64,000 bases of DNA from a virus: IMG/VR virus record IMGVR_UViG_3300032222_000151, positions 32,001-96,000 of that record, one strand, 5' to 3'. Shown piece by piece: positions 8,180 through 18,331 of this stretch (position 1 is the first letter of the stretch; each line of letters starts with the position of its first letter). The translations under genes and the position numbers were made by a program. Below the pieces are notes generated by a model that saw only the letters and a program-made list of their open reading frames with translations, was not told the origin of the DNA and did not search any database.

Positions 8180-9976
8180 TTATAGTGTTTTTAGTCCGTC
8201 CAAATAGTCTTTTATGTCTTCTATTTGGCTAGGTTTATATTGTATCACATTGCGACTTTCCAAGTCAAATTGCTCTTCTGGAGTCTTTGGTCTGTCCTTA
8301 AAAGTGTGAACCTCTACTTCAGTGTCTACATTTTTTGGAGTATGTGATATTGCTCCAAATATTGCCCCACACACCGCATCTGCTAAGTCCTTAGATTTTT
8401 TGCGGGGGTGGTCAACTCTATCATTTTTCATAATCTTTAATTGTGTTAGTTCATCAAATAATAAATCAATTGCAGGCATAGCAAGTCTTTCCTCATACAC
8501 GAGCATAGCCATATCCTCGTAGTGCTTTTTAGCAACAGAAACAGTATCAGTTTTCATTCCTACCTGCTTCAACTCATTTTGAATATCAAATGACTGCCAA
8601 CGGTCAAAAGAAACCATGCCAATATCAAACCCAAGTCTTCTAAGGTTCTGGATCCACTGCTTTACTTCAGATAGATTAACTGGACCTTCAATCTTTGGTT
8701 CCCACCATGCTACTGCATCCACTACAACTATAGGTGCTACCTGTTCGTAATTGTTAATTACTTGAATATTTACCCATTTTTCTACATGTGCAATTGCTAC
8801 CGCACACTTATCGTGCTTCTGTGCAAGGTCAGCATGAACATAATATTTTTTAGTTGGGTCTGGCTTAAATGCTTCATCAAACCTTTTAAAATTATCTACT
8901 GGGTTTCTTAGTGTCATGCATGCTCTTACTTTTTCTGCTTGTTTAAAGAATGCATCTGATGCAAATGTTGGGACACAAGCAAAACGCATCATAGCATCTC
9001 CAAGGTCTGTTAAAAATGCAATCATAAAATCATCAATCTTGCGTGTTGGGTTTACTTCCCATGTAGGTCTTTTTAGTGCAAACACTCCTGGATATTTGTA
9101 TGATGTGATTTGATCTTCATCCCAGGAAATTTCAAAGGTGTTGTCTGGGCTATTTTCTGGAAGTAGTGGATTGATAATAAACTTGTGTGTTCTTTCTATG
9201 ATCTCTTTTTCAGCAATAACATCTTCGTATCTTTCTGAAATAAAGTCACCTGGGTATCGTGGAAATGAAAGCAAAACAACCTTACCAAGGTCTGGAAAAC
9301 GAGAGTCTACTGATCCACGGAAAGCCTTGTATATGTTGTCAGCAGTCTTACCCTGCTCGTTACCTGTTCCAACCTCAGATGCAAAACCAGAAATCTCGTC
9401 AAGAACTGCAAGCAAAAGGTTTAAACCCTCATGTGATTCACGCTCTGAGTGACCAGAGTACACTGTAATAGATTTATCAAACTCAACTGAGTCTGCTTTA
9501 GCATTGTACTTTCCTGCAAACCAAGGGGATCTTTCAATCTTAGACTTAAAGCCTTTAAAGAAAACATTCTTAGCCTGTTGAGCGTTAATAGCCACATTGA
9601 TAAGGTCGATAGCATCTCCAGATGGCTTGCCGAAATACTTTGCTGGATCTTTAAGGCATAAAAGTTTGTATACGATATATGAGCAGGCTACGGTTGATGT
9701 AAAGTCTTTTCCAGATCCCTTGCCAAGTTGCAAAATGATTTCATTCTTTGTGTACTTATTGTAGTACTTAGATCCTTCTTCTTCCCCCATAATGTTTATC
9801 AGGTCTTCTTTACGATAGATCTGACTCATGGCTTCTACAATGTCGTATTGAATGTCAGAAAGTGGTGGCTGTCCAAGGTATGCTTCACCTTCGACAAATG
9901 TTCTTGCATCTACGGGAGTCTCTTCAAAGTGATCGTCTTGAAGTGCTTCAAGAAACTCATTGAACATCGTGGACAA
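8180..9976 (-). CDS. terL: Terminase large subunit
   Basis: Walker A GKGSGKD, Walker B LAVLDE, RNase-H-like HADLAQKHD and KDLADA. Confidence 0.92.
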   Translation of the reverse strand: MSTMFNEFLEALQDDHFEETPVDARTFVEGEAYLGQPPLSDIQYDIVEAMSQIYRKEDLINIMGEEEGSKYYNKYTKNEIILQLGKGSGKDFTSTVACSYIVYKLLCLKDPAKYFGKPSGDAIDLINVAINAQQAKNVFFKGFKSKIERSPWFAGKYNAKADSVEFDKSITVYSGHSERESHEGLNLLLAVLDEISGFASEVGTGNEQGKTADNIYKAFRGSVDSRFPDLGKVVLLSFPRYPGDFISERYEDVIAEKEIIERTHKFIINPLLPENSPDNTFEISWDEDQITSYKYPGVFALKRPTWEVNPTRKIDDFMIAFLTDLGDAMMRFACVPTFASDAFFKQAEKVRACMTLRNPVDNFKRFDEAFKPDPTKKYYVHADLAQKHDKCAVAIAHVEKWVNIQVINNYEQVAPIVVVDAVAWWEPKIEGPVNLSEVKQWIQNLRRLGFDIGMVSFDRWQSFDIQNELKQVGMKTDTVSVAKKHYEDMAMLVYEERLAMPAIDLLFDELTQLKIMKNDRVDHPRKKSKDLADAVCGAIFGAISHTPKNVDTEVEVHTFKDRPKTPEEQFDLESRNVIQYKPSQIEDIKDYLDGLKTL

Positions 9977-10493
9977 CTGTAATCACCTCGTTGTCTTTTG
10001 CAAATGAAGAAAGTCTACGCATAATTTCATCACGAACCTGTGGGTACTCTGAGGCAATATCTTTTAGAATAAGAACAAGAATTTCTTGACGCTTTTCAAT
10101 TTCCATCATCTCTTCTGCAAGTTCCTTGTTTTCAAGAAGGCCAGCCTTTTGCAGCATATCAATACGCTTAGACTCGATATCCATTACAAGTTTAATGGCT
10201 GCAGTCTTTGCGCTAAGATTGTTAGTCATAGATGCTTCATCAATAACTTCGTATGTACGAGACACTAACTTGCTGTAGTGTGTGTCTGCTGCTGCTAATG
10301 CTTCTTTGGCACGAGCACGGATTGCATCATTAGCAGATGCCATAACCTTCCACTCATTAATAAGTGTTACAACCTTTTGTCTTGGTATGGCGAGTTGCTT
10401 TGAAATTACTGTTGGATCATTGCCCTTTAAGTATTCTTCTACAACTTGATTAACCTGATCAAGGTGTTTGACTAAATCATCTTCAGTCGACAT
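9957..10493 (-). CDS. Putative terminase small subunit
   Basis: N-terminal HTH-like segment, helical body, overlaps the terL start. Confidence 0.6.
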   Translation of the reverse strand: MSTEDDLVKHLDQVNQVVEEYLKGNDPTVISKQLAIPRQKVVTLINEWKVMASANDAIRARAKEALAAADTHYSKLVSRTYEVIDEASMTNNLSAKTAAIKLVMDIESKRIDMLQKAGLLENKELAEEMMEIEKRQEILVLILKDIASEYPQVRDEIMRRLSSFAKDNEVITVVHDVQ

Positions 10494-10755
10494 GATTTAA
10501 CTCCCTTGCAATCTTTAAAAGGATTAAGTATCCTATTAGATCATCAATATCGTTATCACCAATAAAGGATCCTCCACGAGTGATGCGAGACAACTTGTCA
10601 TCTATTCTTACATGAAGTTGTTCTACACTATCAGATGTAGAAAAAATTCTAACTGGATTCAAAGCAGAATCTCCGTATGATTTATTTTTTGCAATAAGCA
10701 TTGCCTTTATCTCATCACAAACTTGACCTATGGTAAATTGTGTTTCAGTGCTCAT
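10483..10755 (-). CDS. DUF1599 / nucleotide-modification-associated domain 1-like protein
   Basis: KNKSYGDS, RIDDKLSRI, DDLIGYLIL pattern. Confidence 0.7.
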   Translation of the reverse strand: MSTETQFTIGQVCDEIKAMLIAKNKSYGDSALNPVRIFSTSDSVEQLHVRIDDKLSRITRGGSFIGDNDIDDLIGYLILLKIARELNHVD

Positions 10756-11336
10756 GCTGCCACCATATTAAAATAATTCTTATATTTTTGATAAGGAATA
10801 ACATTTGGATCAACCCACCAGTCTTCGTGTGGAAGTCTAACAACTAAAGAATATCCCAAAGCATTTAAGATTTCTCTTTGTGCATCTCTCATCGCTTCAT
10901 TCTTATATTCAATTAGCGTATCATGCTCGAAAGATATTACAGAGAATCTGTAAGTGTTAAGTGGAATTGCTAAAAGCCCAAGAAGCGACAAGGAAGGATT
11001 TCCAACTGCACGGCCTAGGTTATCGTATCCAGCATCTATGTCTACCTGAAGAAAATCTATTTGATTTGGAAAATTGTTTTCTTCAAAGTACTTTATATAA
11101 TTAAACTTTGTTGCATCTCCAAGCATACATGGGTTCTTTCTGTTTGCAGTGATCTCTTTGTGAAATTCATCTATGATCTCAAAGGAAACGCCTTTCCAGT
11201 CAAACTCTGTTTCAAATTTGTATGTAGTGCTTCCCTGTGTTGAGTGAAAGGCACCAAGTTCTACATAGTGTCCTTCTCTCTTGTTGTCTAAAACCTCTAG
11301 AACAAAATCTTCAACCTTATCAATATGATTCATCAT
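10752..11336 (-). CDS. FkbM-like SAM-dependent methyltransferase
   Basis: YVELGA, WKGVSFE, IDFLQVDIDAG, VISFEH. Confidence 0.7.
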   Translation of the reverse strand: MMNHIDKVEDFVLEVLDNKREGHYVELGAFHSTQGSTTYKFETEFDWKGVSFEIIDEFHKEITANRKNPCMLGDATKFNYIKYFEENNFPNQIDFLQVDIDAGYDNLGRAVGNPSLSLLGLLAIPLNTYRFSVISFEHDTLIEYKNEAMRDAQREILNALGYSLVVRLPHEDWWVDPNVIPYQKYKNYFNMVAA

Positions 11337-11460
11337 TTTCCTCTTCTTCTAGATCCCATGAAAGCGTGTCTGGAATATTTTTTAACATTACAATAAAGTA
11401 TGTAATTCCTGCTGCAGACATTAGTGTAAACAAAAACATTAGTCTCTTTAGTTTCTTCAT
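11320..11460 (-). CDS. 46-aa single-TM peptide (not in ORF track)
   Basis: MKKLKRLMFLFTLMSAAGITYFIVMLKNIPDTLSWDLEEEENDESY; ATGA overlap with the upstream stop. Confidence 0.55.
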   Translation of the reverse strand: MKKLKRLMFLFTLMSAAGITYFIVMLKNIPDTLSWDLEEEENDESY

Positions 11461-11612
11461 CGCTTAGACTTCCTTAATCCAAATTTAGCAAGGTAGACAT
11501 AGATGGTTTCTAGACTCACTCCACACTCCTTTGCGATTTCCTCTGGTGACCTTTTATCCATAAGGTATCTCTTACGCATATAGACTTCACTTGTATATAG
11601 TTTAGCAGCCAT
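11457..11612 (-). CDS. 51-aa helix-turn-helix protein (not in ORF track)
   Basis: MAAKLYTSEVYMRKRYLMDKRSPEEIAKECGVSLETIYVYLAKFGLRKSKR; EIAKECGVS..TI is a typical HTH. Confidence 0.75.
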   Translation of the reverse strand: MAAKLYTSEVYMRKRYLMDKRSPEEIAKECGVSLETIYVYLAKFGLRKSKR

Positions 11613-11616
11613 GATA

Positions 11617-12207
11617 CTAGTTGTCAACTCCAATTGCCTTACCCCAATTCTTTAGTGCCCAGTGACCAATACCGCAGGCATCGGCAACATCGTTGTCTGT
11701 AATAGTTCTATCATAGATTGTATTAATAAACTTTATTGTTCTTTCCTTGCGTAAATTTCTTTCATAAGACTTATACCAAGATACTGACTTGCCTGGATTT
11801 TGTGATCGTATATAAAGTTGCTCGTCTTTTGATATTTTTTTATTCCCAATATAGTTTTGCCATGTTATTGGAGAAACCTTGCCTATAATCTTGGTTCCAG
11901 TCTGTCCTGCTGATCCAAGTATTGCTCCTTGAACTAGTGCAAGGTCTGCTGCTGTCTTTGGGCTATTCATGAATACTGTGTGTTCAATAACAATTGCCTC
12001 AAAGCCACCATATATATCAAAGAATGCTTTTACTTTTTTGCCAGCATCCATGACCTTTTCATAAACATCATTTCCTTCAAAGTTTATCTTACCAATAGAC
12101 TCTAGACTATCTCCATCAAATAGGGCAAATGCAAGACTGTTGGTACTTGCGTCAATAGAGCAAATTCTGTTAGGCTTAACCTCTAGGCCCCACTTATTTT
12201 TTACCAT
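11617..12207 (-). CDS. ruvC: RuvC-like Holliday junction resolvase
   Basis: SIDAST, IVIEH, DVADACGIG acidic catalytic set. Confidence 0.8.
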   Translation of the reverse strand: MVKNKWGLEVKPNRICSIDASTNSLAFALFDGDSLESIGKINFEGNDVYEKVMDAGKKVKAFFDIYGGFEAIVIEHTVFMNSPKTAADLALVQGAILGSAGQTGTKIIGKVSPITWQNYIGNKKISKDEQLYIRSQNPGKSVSWYKSYERNLRKERTIKFINTIYDRTITDNDVADACGIGHWALKNWGKAIGVDN

Positions 12208-12478
12208 TTATTCGTCCCTTTATTTCTTTTATAGCCTTACTTACTGCGTCTGGATTAACACTGCAGGATGAGCAAACTGGATCATCGTTATAGATAGACA
12301 GAGGAAGGGAACAAGACTTGCAAAGCCTTGTCTTGCCCTTTCTCTTTTGCCTTTTTGATTGCAAATATCTAGTTGCAATTTTTTCTTTTGTTGCTATATC
12401 CCTACAACTTGGAGAGCAATATATCTGATATGATACAGATGGCTCAAACTGATTGTCGCAGCATTTACAATTGTTCAC
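12194..12478 (-). CDS. Zinc-finger protein
   Basis: CxxC, CxxxC, CxxC, CxxC. Confidence 0.7.
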   Translation of the reverse strand: MNNCKCCDNQFEPSVSYQIYCSPSCRDIATKEKIATRYLQSKRQKRKGKTRLCKSCSLPLSIYNDDPVCSSCSVNPDAVSKAIKEIKGRINGKK

Positions 12479-13280
12479 CGAGAATCTCCAGAGGCGCTAT
12501 TTTTAATACGCCTGTACCTGCAGACTCACATGCTTTTTTAATTGGGCATGACTTGCATATCTTGGAGTTTGATCGATAGTTTTTGGTTGGCAGGGTTTTA
12601 TCTTCCCATGCCTTGCGAACTGATCTCATCCAATCAAATGCCTGGTCTACCCACCGACGGTAATGATCGTTTACATCTACTGGGATCAAAAGGAGTTCGT
12701 GATTATTTTTATTTTCATAAATCATTACACCCTTCGGTCTCTTTAGAATCTTCATGTATATAAGTAATTGCATTAGGTGGCCATTCTTTGCCTTTCCTGA
12801 TGCCTTTCTGTACTCAAAGCCCTCATTCATCATTGTCTTAATTTCACCAATGAGTTCTTCTCCTTGCCAATCAAGCATAACGTCGCCGTATCCAAAGATA
12901 GGAGGATCATCATGTTTAATCTTAAACTCTGTAGTTGCCTCATTATCTTCATCACGATATATCTTTGCCACACCAGAGTTCATCATTGCTGCTTGAATTC
13001 TTGCATGGGATAAAGTTCCAGCAGTCATGTTTGCTGCTGAATATGCATCTGCATTGTCTTCAAAAATCTGACCATCAAATGCAAGGTACCAATATCTTGC
13101 ACACTCTCCATGACCATAAGCAATGGTAGATGGCGCAAAAGTCTTTTTTGTTGTATGCTTGTCTACACGATTAATCGTATATCCTTCTTTAATCTTTGCC
13201 TCAAGTGCTGCTATATCCATGGAGTGGACTGGCTTTTCTTCTGGCTTTATCATCACTGTATGTAGTAAGTTTTTCGTCAT
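12465..13280 (-). CDS. Cas4-like PD-(D/E)XK exonuclease
   Basis: N-terminal Cys (ECAR), GTLSH, GYGD, GEIKT, QLLIY, C-terminal CKSCPIKKAC. Confidence 0.85.
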   Translation of the reverse strand: MTKNLLHTVMIKPEEKPVHSMDIAALEAKIKEGYTINRVDKHTTKKTFAPSTIAYGHGECARYWYLAFDGQIFEDNADAYSAANMTAGTLSHARIQAAMMNSGVAKIYRDEDNEATTEFKIKHDDPPIFGYGDVMLDWQGEELIGEIKTMMNEGFEYRKASGKAKNGHLMQLLIYMKILKRPKGVMIYENKNNHELLLIPVDVNDHYRRWVDQAFDWMRSVRKAWEDKTLPTKNYRSNSKICKSCPIKKACESAGTGVLKIAPLEILGEQL

Positions 13281-13304
13281 CGTTTCTCGTTTCTATTAGT
13301 TATA

Positions 13305-13313
13305 ATTATAGCA
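13305..13313 (-). promoter_or_regulatory. Extended -10 promoter TGcTATAAT
   Basis: Consensus match in the short intergenic gap. Confidence 0.55.
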
Positions 13314-13315
13314 GA

Positions 13316-13621
13316 TTAGCGGGTGATGTACTTGAGTGCAGAGACAAGATTGTTGATTGATTCTGCTGCTGTGTAATAAAGATTTTTCTTTCCACGATCT
13401 GACTTATCTACATTGGCCATCCATGTAGCCTTAAAAGCCATCTTTGCTGCAATTGCCTGTAGTCTTACAATCTCTACAGTCGCCACATTTAGAGGAATGT
13501 CTGGCTTAATAATTATCTTGGCAATAAAAGTAAGTGCTGTTGTTAGTTCTTCGTCCTGCATGTAGTCAGCAATCTCTGCCAAACCATTTACCATATCTAT
13601 CGTTGTTTGTTGTTGTTCCAT
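13316..13621 (-). CDS. Hypothetical helical protein
   Basis: GGAGG RBS, packed within the operon. Confidence 0.75.
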   Translation of the reverse strand: MEQQQTTIDMVNGLAEIADYMQDEELTTALTFIAKIIIKPDIPLNVATVEIVRLQAIAAKMAFKATWMANVDKSDRGKKNLYYTAAESINNLVSALKYITR

Positions 13622-13902
13622 TATTCCTCCACTAGATCTTCTAATATACTCATCTCAATTATAGCAAGTCTGACCTTTGCGTTACCCTCGCCCATAACCA
13701 CAACTATGGCTGGATCCTTGCCATTCTTCATAGCATCTGTAGTAGCCTTAGCCCAAACCTCTTTATTTAATGTAAAAGATTTTCCAACCTCTTTAAAGTC
13801 TACGACAAAGTTTTTCCAGGAAGCATCACCCTTTTGTGTGTTGCGTCCAGAGTTCTTGTGTTGTTTAGCACCAATTCTCTTTGACTCACTCTTCTCCGTC
13901 AT
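13621..13902 (-). CDS. Small PD-(D/E)XK nuclease, Hjc-like resolvase
   Basis: E...NSG...KGD...VDFK pattern. Confidence 0.65.
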   Translation of the reverse strand: MTEKSESKRIGAKQHKNSGRNTQKGDASWKNFVVDFKEVGKSFTLNKEVWAKATTDAMKNGKDPAIVVVMGEGNAKVRLAIIEMSILEDLVEE

Positions 13903-14062
13903 TGCCCTTCCATTTCTGCTTACCAAACTTAACGGTACTTAAATGCTTTTCTTTGCACATCCAAGTTGCTGTTTTTGTTTCTGCATAAAGTCTAAGAGTT
14001 CTAACTTCTGTTTTACATGTATGACAAACAAATTTTCCATTATAAACAGTAAAGTTACCCAT
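13886..14062 (-). CDS. 58-aa zinc-ribbon protein (not in ORF track)
   Basis: MGNFTVYNGKFVCHTCKTEV...WMCKEKHLS (CxxC...CxxxH); overlaps both neighbours. Confidence 0.7.
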   Translation of the reverse strand: MGNFTVYNGKFVCHTCKTEVRTLRLYAETKTATWMCKEKHLSTVKFGKQKWKGNDGEE

Positions 14063-15065
14063 TTAGTTTTGCCTTGATTGATTCTTGCAAGTCAAGATCC
14101 TCTCTTACACGATTGACGAATGCTTCCTTACCTTGAACCTTTGAACCATCAGGAAGTATGTACCATGCTCCTGTTCGCTCCACAATACCATTTAATTCAG
14201 CAGTAGTAACAAGATCACCGATGGTGTCAAGACCAATATCGTCACCTCTAAAATAAAAATCATACTCGCCAGATTGAAACCCTGGGGAGGTTTTTGAGAA
14301 CTGTAGTTCCCACTTAATAGTTCTGCCAATTTTTTCTTCAATTAATTTATCTCCTACCTTGATCTTGCCCTTAATCGCTTGATTGTCTGACTCTGAAGAA
14401 AAGAGTTTAATAATACATGAGGAATAAAACTTAGTAGCCTGACCACCAGAAGGCTGCTGGCTAGTATACATAGCATTGATATTGTTACGAGACTGAGAAA
14501 TAAGAACAAGCAGAGTTGGCTTAACTTTATTGTTTGCATAGTTAAGCATTTTCCATGCGTTACTAAAGTCACGAGATTCGGCTCCAATCTGTTTAGTGTT
14601 TTCTAATGCCTTCATTTCATCTGTATCTTTTTCAAAATAGATTGCAGGAAGCATTGATGTAATAGAGTCTACCACAATTAGATCAACTCCCGCATTCATT
14701 AATCCGACACCTACATCTACCATGTCACTAATAGTTCTTGCTTGTGAGTAGATTAGTTTTTCTGGATCTACACCTAAAGTTCTGGCCCAGTCTTCTGAGT
14801 ATGACATCTCTGAGTCAATCCACGCACACAACTTGCCCTCTGCCTGAGCAAGAGCAATCATCTGAAGGCACATAGAAGACTTTGCAGAGGACTTTGATCC
14901 CCAAATAAGAACCTGTCTGCCGTAAGGAAGACCACCACCAAGAGCACGGTTCAATCCAAAACTAGGAGTAGGTTGATACTCATAATTGACTCCTACGCCA
15001 CTGCCCAATCTCTTTCTTAACTTGGGATCTAACTGTGCTAACGCTTCTTCGATACTAACTGACAT
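14055..15065 (-). CDS. recA: RecA/UvsX recombinase
   Basis: LGGGLPYGR, P-loop GSKSSAKS, WIDSE, IVVDSI, SGGQATKFY, GAWY. Confidence 0.93.
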   Translation of the reverse strand: MSVSIEEALAQLDPKLRKRLGSGVGVNYEYQPTPSFGLNRALGGGLPYGRQVLIWGSKSSAKSSMCLQMIALAQAEGKLCAWIDSEMSYSEDWARTLGVDPEKLIYSQARTISDMVDVGVGLMNAGVDLIVVDSITSMLPAIYFEKDTDEMKALENTKQIGAESRDFSNAWKMLNYANNKVKPTLLVLISQSRNNINAMYTSQQPSGGQATKFYSSCIIKLFSSESDNQAIKGKIKVGDKLIEEKIGRTIKWELQFSKTSPGFQSGEYDFYFRGDDIGLDTIGDLVTTAELNGIVERTGAWYILPDGSKVQGKEAFVNRVREDLDLQESIKAKLNG

Positions 15066-18000
15066 GTACATCCTCCAATGTTACGGTTCCGTCTTTAGTC
15101 TTGCCAAAATCAAACTTGTACGATTTTCCTTCTTCAATATGCATGTATGCTTTTGCAAACGCCGTAGGAAAAACTGTAATAGAATGTAGGTCTCTGCTTG
15201 TATCTGCAAGCGTAAGAGATGCCATTTTCTTTCCAGTCTTTGTAATTCTTGGTTTAAAAGAAACTACAAACATTTCATCATCCTTGTATGGAAGTTGCTT
15301 ATAACTTAAGAACTTCACAAGAGCATGAGATGATTCTTTTATCTCATCTGAAGGTATGAAAGATACAATCCTGTTATCATTACAAAGAACCAGATAAGAG
15401 CGACCCGTTTCAATAGTTGTATTTTCATCATCAAATATACCGACACTGCCAGTCTTGTCCAAAATTTCAACTCGTGACCATCCTGTTCCTCGCTTAATTG
15501 ATTTTACCATACCCATAAAAATGTATGAACCCTTTTCTTCAAAATCTACAATGTCCTGAATAAAGGCATAGTAGTGTGAAGGTATTGTGATGTTAAACTC
15601 TGGAAGGTTTAAGTATTCATATAGGTTTTCTTTTATTTGCTGATCATCTCTAGGATTATCATTGAAAGTCGCTGCACCAATTGCATTTAGTGCTTGAAGT
15701 GCACGACTGTTTACTCCATTTCCTTTTGTAAATGTGAATTCTTCAAGTTCTTTAAACGAACGGAATGGTCGTGCTGAAATGTATCGTTCACCAATCTTGT
15801 CAGATATGTACTTGATAGCACTGAGTCCAAACCGAATGCCTTTACCCTCAATTTTAAAATCGATATCCGAATCATTAATATGAGGCAGTTTAATGCTAAT
15901 GCCCATTCTCTTTGCTTCAATAAGGTATTCAGTTCTTGCATCCTTGTCCTTTTCATTCTTTAGCACTGAGTACATAAACTCAAGTGGGTAATAATACTTT
16001 AGCCATGCTGTCCAGTAAGATAGCGTTGAGTATGCTACTGCGTGAGACTTGTTAAACGAGTACCCTGCGTGAGCCTCAAAGTCATGCCACAAATCAAGGG
16101 CAAGGTTTGGAGAGATAAACTTTGATGCACCCTCTACGAACTTTTCCTTAAACTGATCAAATTCTTTAGCATCTTTTTTCTTTCCAATGATCTTTCTAAC
16201 TTTATCTGCTTCCGACATGGACATGCCGCCAAGGTGTACGCATGCTTGCATAACTTGTTCCTGGTAAAGAATACAGCCATAGGTGTCCTCCGTAAATTGT
16301 TTTAGTACTTGGTGGGTGTATGAAATACCCTGCCTACCATGCTTTCTATCAACATAGTCTTTTCCAATAGTGTTCATCGCTCCTGGACGAACAAGAGCGT
16401 TTGATGCTGCAAGTTCGTTTAGGTTCTTAACACCCATCTTAACAAGAAGGTTGGTGTATGGTGCTGCTTCACACTGAAACACACCCTTAGTATATCCATC
16501 AGACAGCATTTGATAAACATTTGCATCATCCATCTTGATTTTAAGAAGATCAATCTTCTTTCCATCTCGCTCTTTAATTATATCAATAGTGTTCTTGAGA
16601 ACTGATAGTGTCTTAAGACCAAGTGCATCAATCTTAATCAAACCAATTCTTTCAGCCTCTTCCATGTCAACACCAACAACAGGAATTCTTTCATCTGACC
16701 CTGTAGAAGATCTTGTTTCTAGTGGTGCGTATCTAAAGATTGGTTCTTTTGCAGTCACAACACCAGCAGCATGGATTCCTGTTCCACGAATGCGACCACG
16801 AAGTTGTTCTCCATAAATCTCTACTTCTGGATACTTTTCACGAAACTCGTATGTTGATTTTGATGTGCAGAAGTCATCCCATGAGTCTACAGTCTTTAGA
16901 ACCTTGTTTACATCTGATAGTGGGATGTTCAATACTCGTGCAACATCTCTAACAATTCCTTTACCAGTAAACTCAAGGAAAGTGGCAATAGATGCAACAT
17001 GTCGATACTGTCTAACTAGATAGTCTTTAACTTCTTCACGACGAGTATCTTGAATATCTGTATCGATATCTGGAAAGTCATTACGCTCTGGATTAATAAA
17101 ACGGAAGAACAAAAGATTATGCTCAATAGGATCAATGTCTGTAATCTTTAATGCATAACAAACAAGAGAGCCAGCAGAGGAACCACGACCTGGCCCAACC
17201 ATAATCTCTTCCTTCTTTGCCCAGTTGATCATGTTACTTACAACAAGGAAGTATGGAGCAAACTTCTTATCCTTAATAATTTGTAGTTCTTCTTCAAGTC
17301 TGTCAAGGTACTCTTGGTTTTCTGACAGACCACGCTCTGCCAAACCTTCTAGCGCAACCTTAGCAAGTTCCTTGTCTGGACTCTTGTACTGTACTGGTAG
17401 AAGGTTTAGTCCTTCTTGAATGCCATAGTCTCCTACTGTCTCTGCTAATAGGAGTGTGTTTGAGTAGATGTCTGGTCGATCAATACCCTGCGATTCCATC
17501 GCTGCCTTAATCTCTTCATAAGAAAGCAGATGAATATCAAACTTATTGAATGTAATCTGACGGTCTTCGCCATAAAGATAATCAAGGCGCTCCATCATGC
17601 TGCCTTTTTTCTTTGACTTCTCATATGTTGCATCTTTTACAAACTTGCCGTGTGTGTTCATAAGTAACTTAAACTCTTGAACTTCTTTTTGTGATGGATC
17701 AACATGGTGGCAGTCTGGTGTAACAATAACCTTAATACCAAACTCGTCTGCAAGTTCTATCAAATACTTATTAATGTGTGCTTCGTTGTGAGGCATAACC
17801 TCAATGTAGTAGTCATCAGCAAAGCGTTCTTTAAACCAAGAGATGTATTTCTTGGCAAGAGCAAACTCTTCTTCCTCAAGCGCTTTAACTAAAACGCTAC
17901 TTGGACAAGCAGAAGAAACAATAATTCCTTCTTTATATTTTTCCAATATAGTAAAATCAAATCTTGGCTTTTTAAAGTATCCATCTGTCCAAGATAGTTC

Positions 18001-18330
18001 ACTAATCTTGTTTAGGTTTTCTAAACCAATTTGATTCTTGGCTAGAAGGATAATGTGGTTATAGACAAGATCTTGCTGACCTTCTCTTTCAGACTTATCT
18101 CTTTTATCAGATATGTCTGCACACATGTATCCTTCTAGACCTAGAATTGGCTTAATGCCCTTTGCTTTTGCAATACGGTGCAGTTCCCTATGCCCAGATA
18201 AAGTACCGTGGTCAGTGATGGCTATTGCAGGCATCCCTAACTCAACTGCACGGTTCACGTATTCTTCTGGAGTAGCAATCCCATCAAATAAACTAAAATG
18301 GGTGTGGACATGTAAGCCGACGTAGTTCAT
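15055..18330 (-). CDS. dnaE: DNA polymerase III alpha subunit
   Basis: PHP HVHTHFSLFDG and AITDHG, GPGRGSSAGS, PDIDTD, HAAGVV, KIDALGL, YSFNKSHA. Confidence 0.97.
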   Translation of the reverse strand: MNYVGLHVHTHFSLFDGIATPEEYVNRAVELGMPAIAITDHGTLSGHRELHRIAKAKGIKPILGLEGYMCADISDKRDKSEREGQQDLVYNHIILLAKNQIGLENLNKISELSWTDGYFKKPRFDFTILEKYKEGIIVSSACPSSVLVKALEEEEFALAKKYISWFKERFADDYYIEVMPHNEAHINKYLIELADEFGIKVIVTPDCHHVDPSQKEVQEFKLLMNTHGKFVKDATYEKSKKKGSMMERLDYLYGEDRQITFNKFDIHLLSYEEIKAAMESQGIDRPDIYSNTLLLAETVGDYGIQEGLNLLPVQYKSPDKELAKVALEGLAERGLSENQEYLDRLEEELQIIKDKKFAPYFLVVSNMINWAKKEEIMVGPGRGSSAGSLVCYALKITDIDPIEHNLLFFRFINPERNDFPDIDTDIQDTRREEVKDYLVRQYRHVASIATFLEFTGKGIVRDVARVLNIPLSDVNKVLKTVDSWDDFCTSKSTYEFREKYPEVEIYGEQLRGRIRGTGIHAAGVVTAKEPIFRYAPLETRSSTGSDERIPVVGVDMEEAERIGLIKIDALGLKTLSVLKNTIDIIKERDGKKIDLLKIKMDDANVYQMLSDGYTKGVFQCEAAPYTNLLVKMGVKNLNELAASNALVRPGAMNTIGKDYVDRKHGRQGISYTHQVLKQFTEDTYGCILYQEQVMQACVHLGGMSMSEADKVRKIIGKKKDAKEFDQFKEKFVEGASKFISPNLALDLWHDFEAHAGYSFNKSHAVAYSTLSYWTAWLKYYYPLEFMYSVLKNEKDKDARTEYLIEAKRMGISIKLPHINDSDIDFKIEGKGIRFGLSAIKYISDKIGERYISARPFRSFKELEEFTFTKGNGVNSRALQALNAIGAATFNDNPRDDQQIKENLYEYLNLPEFNITIPSHYYAFIQDIVDFEEKGSYIFMGMVKSIKRGTGWSRVEILDKTGSVGIFDDENTTIETGRSYLVLCNDNRIVSFIPSDEIKESSHALVKFLSYKQLPYKDDEMFVVSFKPRITKTGKKMASLTLADTSRDLHSITVFPTAFAKAYMHIEEGKSYKFDFGKTKDGTVTLEDVHVS

Positions 18331-18331
18331 A

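Noticed and set aside
12465-13280. Cas4 as evidence of a CRISPR-Cas system
   Set aside because: No cas1, cas2 or array; solo Cas4-like nucleases are common in phage recombination modules.
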